Shown: positions 48,871-58,409, counted from the stretch's first letter. The stretch is DNA of 64,000 nucleotides from an uncultured Rikenellaceae bacterium (GCA_964642615.1 CAZXSW010000001.1:42945-106944); one strand, 5' to 3'. A program made the numbers and translations. Notes: generated by a model from the sequence alone, not told the origin.

Positions 48871-49628
48871 TAAGACTCCTGTTATTATGTGCTTTTCTGT
48901 TAAGTTCTGCAGGCAAGCTGGCCGGACAGGCGTCGAATGAAGAAAGATTCAGCGAAGGAGTTGCCCTCTATACTTCATCCTCGTACCATGAAGCGCTTGA
49001 TGTATGGACCGGCATCTATAATACCGGATACAGGTCGGCTGATCTTGCCTTTAATATAGGCAACGCTTACTTTAAACTAAACAACATCCCGGGTGCCATA
49101 CTGTTTTATGAAAGAGCGCTGCTTCTCAGGCCGGGCGACGAAGATGCAAGGTATAACCTTGCTATTGCCAGGTCGATGGCAAAGGATAAATTCGAAGAGA
49201 TCCCTGAACTCTTTTTAGTCAGAGCCTATGATTTCCTCTCTCTTGTTATGCCTTCAAATACATGGGCCATACTGAGCCTGACCACCTTCATACTTTGTCT
49301 GATACTCCTGTCAGTATATATTTACAGTTCAAGTTACAGGATTAAGGTTACCGGATTCTGGCTGGCCCTGTTCTGCCTTGTTTTCTCACTGTCATCGCTG
49401 GCTTTCTCTGTAAGGAACAAATCGCTGGTCCACGACAGTAGCAAGGCAATAATATTTTCTCCCCAGGTAAGCGGGAAAAGCTCGCCCGACAACAGCGGTA
49501 CCGATCTTTTCGTCATACACGAGGGTACAAAAGTGACTGTCACAGGCGAACTGGGCGACTGGTATGAGATACGCCTTTCGGACGGCAACAAGGGATGGGT
49601 GCCTTCAAGCTCACTCGATATAATCTGA
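48858..49628 (+). CDS. batE: BatE-like TPR + SH3 domain membrane protein
   Basis: N-terminal TPRs (FNIGNAYFKLNNIPGAILFYERALLLRP), three TMs, and a C-terminal SH3b-like domain (GDWYEIRLSDGNKGWVPSSSL). Confidence 0.7.
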   Translation: MEKLIRLLLLCAFLLSSAGKLAGQASNEERFSEGVALYTSSSYHEALDVWTGIYNTGYRSADLAFNIGNAYFKLNNIPGAILFYERALLLRPGDEDARYNLAIARSMAKDKFEEIPELFLVRAYDFLSLVMPSNTWAILSLTTFILCLILLSVYIYSSSYRIKVTGFWLALFCLVFSLSSLAFSVRNKSLVHDSSKAIIFSPQVSGKSSPDNSGTDLFVIHEGTKVTVTGELGDWYEIRLSDGNKGWVPSSSLDII

Positions 49629-49646
49629 ACGGCTGATAATAGAACC

Positions 49647-50825
49647 ATGAAAATAAAAAGAAAAGAAATAAACAGCTCAAGAATGCCTGTTTACAGGGAT
49701 GCTGGTTTTGAACTATATGATGCTTCAACTGCTGCTGAAGCATTCCGTGATGAGTCAAAAAACGAAAGGGACCCCGGTTTTTATATCTACTCGAGATACA
49801 GGAATCCGACAGTGGTGGCAGCCGAAGATTCTATTATGGAGCTTGAGGAAGCTTCATGGGCCCTTCTTACCCAGTCGGGTATGGCAGCCGTTGATGTAGC
49901 CGTATCTGTTTTCCAGAATGGATTGTCTGGTCGTCCATGGCTGTTTTTCAACGAGATATATGGAGGAACCATCTCTTTTATTGATAATGTTCTTAAGAAA
50001 AGGAGAGGAGTAGATGTCAGAAATTTCTTTCCTGACAATGAGAAATTCAACCTTTCACATTTTGAGAAACTTATAGATGAGCTAAGACCTGAATTTGTCT
50101 ACCTTGAGCTTATCTCCAATCCCATGCTTATTGTTACCGATGCTCAAAGAGTGATTGAGACGGCCCGTAAATATGGCTCAAGGGTTATTATAGACAACAC
50201 CTTTGCCACTCCCTTGTTATGGAAGCCTCTTGAATACGGTGCCGACCTTGTCATTCACAGTGTTACCAAATACCTGTCGGGGCACGGAAATATAACAGGA
50301 GGGGTAATTTGCGGGAATGACCCGGAATTACTTAAGGCCGCCCTTGAATACAGAAAGTACACCGGTCATATGATGTCGCCCGATGACGCCTACAGGCTAT
50401 CAACCCAGGTAAAGACCTTTGGGCTCAGGTTCAGACAGCAGTGTGAAAATGCTTCCAGGCTTGCACTACTCCTTGAGAAAAATGACCTGACAGAAAGAGT
50501 ATGGTATCCGGGTCTTGCCTCCCATGTTACCCACAGCGAGGCTGTTTCTCTCTTTGGCGACAAGGGATTCGGCGGAATGATAACCTTCGGGTTAAATGGA
50601 TCTGACAGACAGGAGAAACAGAGAAGGCGCGATGACTTCATAATGGGTGTGTCGGAAAGGATTAAGCTCATCCCCTCGCTGGGTGACCCGTCTACTATAC
50701 TGCTTCCTGTCGAACCCGTTTGGGGAGAAAAATATCCCGAACCCGGGATGATAAGATTATCAGTTGGTTTTGAGGACTATGGGAAACTGGAGAGAACAGT
50801 ACTTAAAGGACTTGATATCTCCTGA
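49647..50825 (+). CDS. Cys/Met-metabolism PLP-dependent enzyme (cystathionine gamma-synthase / O-acylhomoserine sulfhydrylase family)
   Basis: YSRYRNPT, DNTFATP, and the PLP-lysine motif HSVTKYLSGHG. Confidence 0.8.
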   Translation: MKIKRKEINSSRMPVYRDAGFELYDASTAAEAFRDESKNERDPGFYIYSRYRNPTVVAAEDSIMELEEASWALLTQSGMAAVDVAVSVFQNGLSGRPWLFFNEIYGGTISFIDNVLKKRRGVDVRNFFPDNEKFNLSHFEKLIDELRPEFVYLELISNPMLIVTDAQRVIETARKYGSRVIIDNTFATPLLWKPLEYGADLVIHSVTKYLSGHGNITGGVICGNDPELLKAALEYRKYTGHMMSPDDAYRLSTQVKTFGLRFRQQCENASRLALLLEKNDLTERVWYPGLASHVTHSEAVSLFGDKGFGGMITFGLNGSDRQEKQRRRDDFIMGVSERIKLIPSLGDPSTILLPVEPVWGEKYPEPGMIRLSVGFEDYGKLERTVLKGLDIS

Positions 50826-51488
50826 TCACCACTCTACGGGTACAGCACCGTTTTCAGCCAGATATTGGTTACACCTGCTGAAATGCCTGTTACCGAAAAA
50901 TCCCCGCGATGCTGAAAGTGGCGAGGGGTGTACCGATTCAAGCACCAGATGCCTCGTCCTGTCAATTGACCCGCCTTTTTTCTGTGCATAGGCTCCCCAC
51001 AGGAAAAATACAAGCTTTTCCTTTTCAGAGTTAAGTAAGCGTATCACACTGTCAGTAAATTCTTCCCATCCTTTTCTCTGATGTGACCCTGCACTGTGTT
51101 CCCTTACTGTGAGGGTAGCATTGATTAAAAGAACACCCTGCCTGGCCCAGCGTTCAAGGTTACCTGTCGGTGGAGCTGGAATCCTGACATCAGATTCTAT
51201 CTCCTTGAAAATATTTACAAGACTGGGAGGGAAGCTTACACCGTCCCGGACTGAGAAGCACAGTCCATGGGCCTGGCCCGGACCGTGATAGGGATCCTGT
51301 CCGATGATAACTACTTTTACACTATCATAGGGACAAAGATTAAAGGCATTGAAAATAAGTGATGCCGGAGGATAAACCTTTCCGGTCCTGTACTCCTGCC
51401 TGACAAATTCAGCCAGTTTCTCAAAGTATGGCTTTGCAAATTCATGTTCCAGCTTCTGCCTCCATCCTTCTTCTATCCTCACTTCCAT
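50826..51488 (-). CDS. ung: uracil-DNA glycosylase (family 1)
   Basis: VVIIGQDPYHGPGQAHGLCFSV, LLLN-type VLLINATLTV, and HPSPLSA motifs. Confidence 0.9.
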   Translation of the reverse strand: MEVRIEEGWRQKLEHEFAKPYFEKLAEFVRQEYRTGKVYPPASLIFNAFNLCPYDSVKVVIIGQDPYHGPGQAHGLCFSVRDGVSFPPSLVNIFKEIESDVRIPAPPTGNLERWARQGVLLINATLTVREHSAGSHQRKGWEEFTDSVIRLLNSEKEKLVFFLWGAYAQKKGGSIDRTRHLVLESVHPSPLSASRGFFGNRHFSRCNQYLAENGAVPVEW

Positions 51489-51542
51489 TAATCCTGTGCT
51501 TTATCTCATTAAAAAGCTAAAGTTAAGAAAAGTCACCTCATA

Positions 51543-51576
51543 TAAAAAAAGATGGGCTGCCTGTAAGGCAGCCCAT
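51543..51576 (-). terminator. orphan minus-strand rho-independent terminator in the ung upstream region
   Basis: On the minus strand, ATGGGCTGCC-TTACA-GGCAGCCCAT forms a 10-bp perfect stem followed by CTTTTTTTA. No annotated minus-strand gene ends here. Confidence 0.55.
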
Positions 51577-51928
51577 ACCACAATATCACCCTCACAACCT
51601 AAATCTAAAAGAAACCTCCTGCATTAAGTTAGTTCAGTAAAATTTCTCCCGGAGACTCTGCATGTCTTTCAAAACCATGAAAAACTGCATCATTTACCTG
51701 ATTTCAAATTTATAAAATAATAGTTGATGCAGCCTAATGATTTTCATATTAATTCATCATATATTTATAAACATTAATCTGATTGCCGTGTTGAAAAAAT
51801 GACACACATTGAACTACGGCCAGGCTGATTAAATAACGGAACCTGTAATACTTGTCGTCACAAAGCACAGGAAGCAAGTAATAAAGGCCAGGTTTTCATA
51901 ACTTGTATCAGAATAAAATTTAGAAAAT

Positions 51929-52378
51929 ATGCCAGTTGAGATCGAAAGGAAATTTCTTGTTAAAGGTGAATTCAGACACCATGCTGTCGGGTCGACAGGG
52001 ATATTTCAGGCCTATCTCTCGGTTGATCCCGGACGAACAGTAAGGCTCAGGATTACGGGTGGCAAAGCCTTTATAACTATCAAAGGCAAGGCAGGTGAAG
52101 GAGGAATCTCACGAAAGGAATGGGAGTTGCCGCTTCCTGTTGATGAGGCTGAAATTATGAAGGAAATTTGTCTGCCCGGGACTGTTGAAAAGACGCGCTA
52201 CCTGGTTCCGTCGGGTAAGCATTGTTTTGAAGTTGATGTCTTCCACGGTAGAAATGAAGGCCTTATAATAGCTGAACTTGAACTTGAAGCCGAAGATGAG
52301 TACTTTGAAAAGCCAGGCTGGCTTGGTGAAGAAGTGACAGGGAGGCCTGAGTATTACAATTCGAACCTCGTGAAATAG
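51929..52378 (+). CDS. CYTH-domain protein (class IV adenylate cyclase / triphosphatase fold)
   Basis: The N-terminal EIERKFLV (ExExK signature) and a length of about 150 aa. Confidence 0.75.
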   Translation: MPVEIERKFLVKGEFRHHAVGSTGIFQAYLSVDPGRTVRLRITGGKAFITIKGKAGEGGISRKEWELPLPVDEAEIMKEICLPGTVEKTRYLVPSGKHCFEVDVFHGRNEGLIIAELELEAEDEYFEKPGWLGEEVTGRPEYYNSNLVK

Positions 52379-52380
52379 CA

Positions 52381-52749
52381 TCACTTCCTGAAAATGAAGT
52401 ATACGGCCAGGATAAGAAAGGCAAACCCTATAAGATGATTAAGCCTGAACTGTTCGTTGCGGAAGACAAGGACAGTAAAAACTGCAAATACTGATATTGA
52501 GATAACCTCCTGGATTACCTTAAGTTCGATAAGGGAGAATGGGCCACCCGTTTCCCTGAAACCCAGGCGGTTTGCAGGAACCTGAAGGGTGTATTCAAAA
52601 AAGGCTAATCCCCAGCTGAGAAGTATGACGCTTAAGAGGCCTATATTCTCAAACCTGCTCATAGTCTTTAGCTTAAGATGTCCGTACCAGGCAAAGGTCA
52701 TGAAAACGTTCGACATGATAAGCATCACAATGGTAAGAATACCTTTCAT
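52381..52749 (-). CDS. DMT-superfamily small membrane protein (DUF486)
   Basis: 122 aa with four TM segments. The N-terminus ILTIVMLIMSNVFMTFAWYGHLK is typical of DUF486. Confidence 0.7.
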   Translation of the reverse strand: MKGILTIVMLIMSNVFMTFAWYGHLKLKTMSRFENIGLLSVILLSWGLAFFEYTLQVPANRLGFRETGGPFSLIELKVIQEVISISVFAVFTVLVFRNEQFRLNHLIGFAFLILAVYFIFRK

Positions 52750-52802
52750 ATTAAGGATTTTAATCAGTCGGCTTCAATAATTTTTAAGGTTTATGGCGGG
52801 GC

Positions 52803-53282
52803 TCAGAGTTCCTTTGAATATATCTGCTTGGGATCGCCGGGTCCATAGAAATTCTTCAGGCTTGCCTGCAGGCAGTAACCGTTTCTTCTGTAGAAAGCCT
52901 CGGTAGGAGCATAGAGAGGCCTGCCTGAAGTCTCGATCCAGAGTATCCTGCCGCCCATATCCCTGACATCGTCTTCTATGGCTTTCAGAAGGAGTGATCC
53001 CAGTTTTTTATTTCTGAAATCATTATGTACAGCTATCCAGTAAAGGTCCCAGGAATGAGTTGAAAAAGCATTTTTGCCATAATTGGCAAAGGCTTGTGTC
53101 ACTCTGTCTTCGCTTACCTTCATCCAGTAGTATCCGCTCTTCTCACTACCCTTTTCAAGTGTCTCATCGGCCAGTTCAAGGGCTGTTTCAATCTCGAACT
53201 CATAGAAGAATCCGGCTGACTTGAGTATTTCCCTTATTCTTTCCCTGTCCTCAGGGAGGATCCCTTTGATGATTTCAGTCAT
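52803..53282 (-). CDS. GNAT-family N-acetyltransferase, last gene of the KamA/ATP-grasp cluster
   Basis: 159 aa. The acetyl-CoA motif is FRNKKLGSLLL. It starts 3 bp downstream of ATP-grasp gene 2 on the same strand. Confidence 0.75.
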   Translation of the reverse strand: MTEIIKGILPEDRERIREILKSAGFFYEFEIETALELADETLEKGSEKSGYYWMKVSEDRVTQAFANYGKNAFSTHSWDLYWIAVHNDFRNKKLGSLLLKAIEDDVRDMGGRILWIETSGRPLYAPTEAFYRRNGYCLQASLKNFYGPGDPKQIYSKEL

Positions 53283-53285
53283 GAC

Positions 53286-54257
53286 TCAGTAATTAAGATC
53301 ATTAATGATTCTCTCAAGTACATCCTTAAAAGCCAGTCCAGCCTCTGCTATAGCAGCCACGAGTCCGCTGTCGGGAGACAGGCAGGGATTGGCATTTACT
53401 TCAATTACACAGGGTCTGTTAAGCTTATCTATTCTCATGTCAACCCTGGCATAACCCCTGAGTCCGAACAGATGCCAGCATTTTAGAACGGTCTCATTTA
53501 TTTCCCTTGCAAGAGTGTTGTCAAGTCTGTCGCCCGGGAATTCCCTTACAGTATTTTCGTATTCAAAGCTCGAATCGTCCCATTTGGCTTTGAAATCTAC
53601 AATCCGGGGCCTGTCGCCCCAGTTGTTGTGAAAAACCATCTCAGCGGGAGGCATAACCTGCGGACCATCAGGTCCGGCAATAATACTAATATTAAACTCC
53701 CTGCCATCTATATATTCCTGGATTATCCAGTGCGAATCATCATAGGCACTGATCATGTCGGCTGTCTCAGGACCCATGGTAAACACTGACTCACCTGTAA
53801 TGCCCAGGGAACCGTCTTCCCACACAGGCTTAATGATGTAGGAAGTTCCCTCTTTAAGCATTTTATGTTGTGACGGGGAGAAAGAAAGGGGTGTTCTGAT
53901 CCCTTCCTTCTGCAGAATGTTTCCCATCAATGTCTTGCTGGTTGTCAGGAACATAGCCTCGAGGGGATTCCCTGAGTATGGTATGGAATGCATATTAAGC
54001 ATGGCAGGAATGAAATAATTCAGTTCCCCCTTGTTGTTAATGGATTCAACCAGGTTAAATACAAAACCGGGTTTCTCTGCTGCAATAACTGCTATCTCAT
54101 CCATGAAGGCGGTGCTTATGCCCCTGGAATAACTTTCTATGCCCAGCAGCTTGAGGTTTTCAGCAACGTATTCAACCTGTTCGAGAACATCCAGCTCATC
54201 GGCCAGGGCAGCCTCTCCCGGTTTATTATAGATAATGCAGCATTTAATATTTCTCAT
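53286..54257 (-). CDS. ATP-grasp ligase, D-Ala-D-Ala-ligase-like (paralog 2)
   Basis: Ddl-like three-domain layout. Motifs IIKPVWEDGSLGI, EYIDGREFNISII and ARVDMRIDKLNRPCVIEVNANP (Mg/ATP site E-x-N). It has a 4-bp overlap with paralog 1. Confidence 0.8.
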   Translation of the reverse strand: MRNIKCCIIYNKPGEAALADELDVLEQVEYVAENLKLLGIESYSRGISTAFMDEIAVIAAEKPGFVFNLVESINNKGELNYFIPAMLNMHSIPYSGNPLEAMFLTTSKTLMGNILQKEGIRTPLSFSPSQHKMLKEGTSYIIKPVWEDGSLGITGESVFTMGPETADMISAYDDSHWIIQEYIDGREFNISIIAGPDGPQVMPPAEMVFHNNWGDRPRIVDFKAKWDDSSFEYENTVREFPGDRLDNTLAREINETVLKCWHLFGLRGYARVDMRIDKLNRPCVIEVNANPCLSPDSGLVAAIAEAGLAFKDVLERIINDLNY

Positions 54258-55228
54258 GGCAGCAGATGATGGCGTTTCAAGGCAGCTTGGACTATCATCT
54301 CAAGCAGGGTCTGGTAATCTGTTCCTGCCAGGCGTGCCAGTATGGGCAGGTCGGAATGTACAGGATTCAATCCGGCCAGGGGATTGACCTCTAGGAAACA
54401 GATCCTGCCGTTACGGTCAGCTTTCAGATCAACGCGTCCAGCATCCGTAGCATCAAGCGCCTTCCAGGCTTTCAAAGCCACTGAATAACATTCTTCGGCA
54501 AGGTCTCCCTCAATGGGAAGATAGCTGCAGTAATCCTGGTAGTTTTCCTTAACTTCCACGGAATAGGGCAGGTTGTCCCTGCAGATTATTTCCATTCCTC
54601 CGATGACTGAGGCACTGGCACCTGTACCTGTAATGCCGACAGTGAACTCCCGTCCCGGCAGATATTCTTCAACCAGGGCGGGCTGTTCAAACCTTTCAAG
54701 AAGGTATCCTGCCATAGTGCGAAGTTCTTCTTCAGAGGTTACTAGGCTTCTGGGTGTGATCCCCTTTCCTGTTCCCTCAGAAACCGGTTTTATGAACAAA
54801 GGGAATTCAAGATCACACTCACTGATGTCGTCGGGAGCATTTATAATCATGCCCGGACTAACGGGTACTCCTGCAGAAGCCACAATAAGTCTTGAAAGGT
54901 ATTTATTAAGCGACACTCCCATGATGACAGGTCCGCTGAAGACATAAGGGATTCTGTACTGGTCAAGAATTGCCGGGACCACAGATTCTCTTCCGTCGCC
55001 GTACAGGCCCTCCGCAATATTGAACACCAGATCCCATCTTTTGCCTGAAGCAAGGGCTTCAATAAGCTGGAAACAGTTGCCAACGGGTTCGGTCTCAAGT
55101 CCCATCTTTTTAAGGGCGCCTTCTATTGCATCAATAGTATCCTGCTTGTCAAATTCAGCGGTGTCCTCCATGGAATAACCACGGTCGAGGTACCAGGACC
55201 GGAGATCAAAGGTCAAACCTATTTTCAT
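54254..55228 (-). CDS. ATP-grasp ligase, D-Ala-D-Ala-ligase-like (paralog 1)
   Basis: Motifs FIKPVSEGTGKGI, EEYLPGREFTVGI and GRVDLKADRNGRICFLEVNPLAG. Confidence 0.8.
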   Translation of the reverse strand: MKIGLTFDLRSWYLDRGYSMEDTAEFDKQDTIDAIEGALKKMGLETEPVGNCFQLIEALASGKRWDLVFNIAEGLYGDGRESVVPAILDQYRIPYVFSGPVIMGVSLNKYLSRLIVASAGVPVSPGMIINAPDDISECDLEFPLFIKPVSEGTGKGITPRSLVTSEEELRTMAGYLLERFEQPALVEEYLPGREFTVGITGTGASASVIGGMEIICRDNLPYSVEVKENYQDYCSYLPIEGDLAEECYSVALKAWKALDATDAGRVDLKADRNGRICFLEVNPLAGLNPVHSDLPILARLAGTDYQTLLEMIVQAALKRHHLLP

Positions 55229-55237
55229 CAGTACTGC

Positions 55238-56479
55238 CTATTTTTCAGGATACTCACAAATGACACCCTTATAATTCCTGAGTACAATATGCTCCTCGTT
55301 ATGTTCAATCACATAATCGGGAAGGATGGGAATTTTCCCACCTCCGCCGGGGGCGTCGATAACAAAAGTCGGAACCGCATAGCCGCTTGTGAAACCGCGA
55401 AGACCTTTTATAATCTCCAGACCCTTTTTTACCGTGGTCCGGAAATGGCCGGAACCAGGTATCAGGTCACACTGGTATAGATAATAGGGCCTTACCCTGA
55501 TCTTAAGGAGTTTGTGCATGAGCTCCTTCATAACGGGAACATTATCATTTATTCCCTTAAGGAGGACAGTCTGACTGCCAAGAGGGAAGCCTCCATCGGC
55601 GAGCTTATTGCAGGCTGCGGCACACTCATCTGTTATTTCAGACGGGTGCGAGAAATGAAGACTTATAAAAAGCGGATGATATTTTTTAAGAACAGATACC
55701 AGCTTGTCAGTGATTCGCTGTGGAAGGACAACCGGCACCCTGGTCCCTATACGAATTATCTCAACATGTTCTATCTTCCTTATGTTGGAAAGAATATAAT
55801 CAAGAGTCTCATCGGAAAGGGTAAGTGGGTCTCCTCCGCTTATAAGTACATCTCTTACCTCCTTATGTTCTGAGATATAGGCAAATGCTCTTTCAAAGTC
55901 ATTTCTTCCGAGCTTGTCGAGCCTGCCGACTGAATGTGAGCGGGTACAATATCTGCAGTAGTTTGAACAGACCTGTGTAACAGTGAAAAGCACCCTGTCG
56001 GGATAACGGTGAACGATACCCCTGACCGGAGAAAAGGATTTCTCGTGCAGAGGGTCGGACTGCTCACTGGTTGATTCAATAAGCTCCTCAACCACAGGTA
56101 CAACATTCCTGCGCAAAGGATCTGAAGGTTTTGACCTGTAGATCAACGATGCAAAATACGGAGTGATCCTCAGGGGAAGGCGGCCTTTAAGATTATTAAT
56201 GGCCATAACTTCCTTGTCGGTCAGTTTCATGATCTTACGCAGATCATCAATACTGTTGAAAGTATTGCGTAACTGCCATTTCCAATCATTCCAGGATTCT
56301 GAAGTTGTTAGGGGGAAGTAACGGTGCATGAACTCCGCACTCCGGTTGCTAACTAACTGTTTTGGGATTACATTTTGCGAAAAAATCATGGTTTTCGCAC
56401 CAGGCTCTTCATCAGAAGAACAACCCACGAGGCGACCCTCTCCGCGGAGGGCAACAACCTCTCTATTGTTAGCATTCAT
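55238..56479 (-). CDS. kamA: lysine 2,3-aminomutase (KamA-family radical SAM/PLP enzyme); start uncertain (56479, 56389 or 56329)
   Basis: WNDWKWQLRN, the radical-SAM CSNYCRYC motif, and the PLP Lys in DAPGGGGK. Both Asp positions equivalent to the lysine epsilon-amine binders of clostridial LAM are retained (YQCD, VIDAP). Confidence 0.85.
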   Translation of the reverse strand: MNANNREVVALRGEGRLVGCSSDEEPGAKTMIFSQNVIPKQLVSNRSAEFMHRYFPLTTSESWNDWKWQLRNTFNSIDDLRKIMKLTDKEVMAINNLKGRLPLRITPYFASLIYRSKPSDPLRRNVVPVVEELIESTSEQSDPLHEKSFSPVRGIVHRYPDRVLFTVTQVCSNYCRYCTRSHSVGRLDKLGRNDFERAFAYISEHKEVRDVLISGGDPLTLSDETLDYILSNIRKIEHVEIIRIGTRVPVVLPQRITDKLVSVLKKYHPLFISLHFSHPSEITDECAAACNKLADGGFPLGSQTVLLKGINDNVPVMKELMHKLLKIRVRPYYLYQCDLIPGSGHFRTTVKKGLEIIKGLRGFTSGYAVPTFVIDAPGGGGKIPILPDYVIEHNEEHIVLRNYKGVICEYPEK

Positions 56480-56966
56480 AACGGTCGATGAAATACTTCA
56501 TCTTTGTTGTTAGTGTTTTGTGTGTTTAAATGGTTTTAGTTAAAAATAAATTGGGACGAAAATATATATTATGAAGATACATTGTACCACCCTTGTTCCT
56601 GAAATATTAACATCAGATTCATTTTATCAACAGGTAATTTGTATTTGTTTGATATTCAACTTTATAAAATTTAGATTTTAATAAGCTACAAGCCCTTTTT
56701 TTGCTGTTTTCAGGCATGAAAACATAGTTTGGGCAGCAGTTTTTTCCGTGTCGCGACATTAACTTATAACTATTAAAGTCAATTTCTATTTTCTTTCACA
56801 AGTATTTTATTTTTACTTCAGCATGATATCAATTTATGTGCCGGAATCTTCATCAGTGGCAAATGGTTAACCATTTTTAGGAAATTTTGATAACTTTGGA
56901 CTTCTTTTTTTGAAACAACAAGTATAGTCATTCTCTCATTACTCTAATAAACAGAACATTATCTGC

Positions 56967-58385
56967 ATGAACACTCGAGGTTCCGGATCAAGGGACGGCC
57001 TGAAAATGTTTTTCAGAGATGTTGCCGAGGCGGTTTCAGGTACCGAACAGGATTTCACCGAAGGCCGCCTGGGCAGGGCCATCCTTCTTCTGTCAATTCC
57101 TGCTGTACTGGAGATGATCATGGAGTCGGTTTTTGTTGTTGCTGATATCTTCTTTGTTTCCAGGCTGGGTTCCGATGCAGTTGCAACGGTAGGTCTTACT
57201 GAATCGCTTATTACGGTTGTATATGCAATTTCGCTCGGACTGGCAACAGCTACCACCTCAATGGTGTCAAGAAGGATAGGGGAGAAGCATCCTGACAAAG
57301 CATCAAATACTGCAGTGCAGGCTATTTTGGCAGGGTTACTTGTTTCTGTTGTCATTGCGGTTCCCGGTTTCCTGTTTGCTGAAGAGCTGCTTGATCTTAT
57401 GGGTGCCTCAAAAGAGATCTCAGCAGGCATGTCAGCCTATACCAGGATAATGCTGGGAAGCAATACTGTCATAATGCTTCTTTTCATCATAAATGCTGTT
57501 TTCAGAAGTGCAGGAGATGCTGCTGTTGCCATGAGAGTGCTGTTTTTGGGCAACCTGTTAAACATAGTACTGGATCCCTGCCTTATCTTCGGTCTGGGTC
57601 CCTTCCCTGAAATGGGAATTACAGGGGCGGCCGTGGCAACAGTCATCGGCAGGGGCATTGCCGTAATCTACCAGCTCTGGCTCCTTTTCTTTGGAAAAAT
57701 GAGGGTGTCGCTGAAATTGAGACATTTAAGAATTGACTTCCTCATAATAGCCCGGCTGTTCCGCCTTTCAATCGGATCGATAGGGCAGAACCTCATCGGT
57801 ACATCAAGCTGGATAGCTCTTGTAAGGATAATATCTGTTTTCGGAAGTGAAATAGTGGCAGGATATACCATTGCAATAAGAGTAATCACTTTTGTACTTC
57901 TTCCTTCGTGGGGAATCGCAAATTCAGCATCAACCCTTGTGGGCCAGAACCTGGGTGCCGGAAAGCCTCAGAGAGCTGAAAGATCAGTAATGGTAACCGG
58001 AGTTGTAAACATGATACTGCTCGGCCTTATAGGAATCTTCCTCATATTGTTTCCCGGTCCGGTAATAAGGCTGTTTATAGACGAGCCCGGAGTTGTTAGT
58101 TCAGGCATAGAATGTCTGAGGATCATAAGTATCGGGTTTGTTGCCTACGGCTTCGGCATGGTGTTGGTTAATTCGTTCAACGGTGCCGGTGACACAACGA
58201 CCCCTCTGAAAATCAATATTTTTGCTTTCTGGTGCGTAGAGATTCCCCTTGCCTGGTTTCTGGCTTTGAAATCGGGGATGAACGAGAGAGGTGTTTTTAT
58301 CGCCATTGTAGTTGCCGAGACACTCATGACACTCACGGCATGGCTGATATTCAGAAGGGGTAAATGGAAGTTGAAGAAAGTATGA
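56967..58385 (+). CDS. MATE-family efflux transporter
   Basis: 12 TM segments. The N-terminal MATE motif is LSIPAVLEMIMESVFVVADIFFVSRLG, with a duplicated 6-TM architecture. Confidence 0.9.
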   Translation: MNTRGSGSRDGLKMFFRDVAEAVSGTEQDFTEGRLGRAILLLSIPAVLEMIMESVFVVADIFFVSRLGSDAVATVGLTESLITVVYAISLGLATATTSMVSRRIGEKHPDKASNTAVQAILAGLLVSVVIAVPGFLFAEELLDLMGASKEISAGMSAYTRIMLGSNTVIMLLFIINAVFRSAGDAAVAMRVLFLGNLLNIVLDPCLIFGLGPFPEMGITGAAVATVIGRGIAVIYQLWLLFFGKMRVSLKLRHLRIDFLIIARLFRLSIGSIGQNLIGTSSWIALVRIISVFGSEIVAGYTIAIRVITFVLLPSWGIANSASTLVGQNLGAGKPQRAERSVMVTGVVNMILLGLIGIFLILFPGPVIRLFIDEPGVVSSGIECLRIISIGFVAYGFGMVLVNSFNGAGDTTTPLKINIFAFWCVEIPLAWFLALKSGMNERGVFIAIVVAETLMTLTAWLIFRRGKWKLKKV

Positions 58386-58409
58386 GGGATGGTAGGCACT
58401 GAGATCCCG

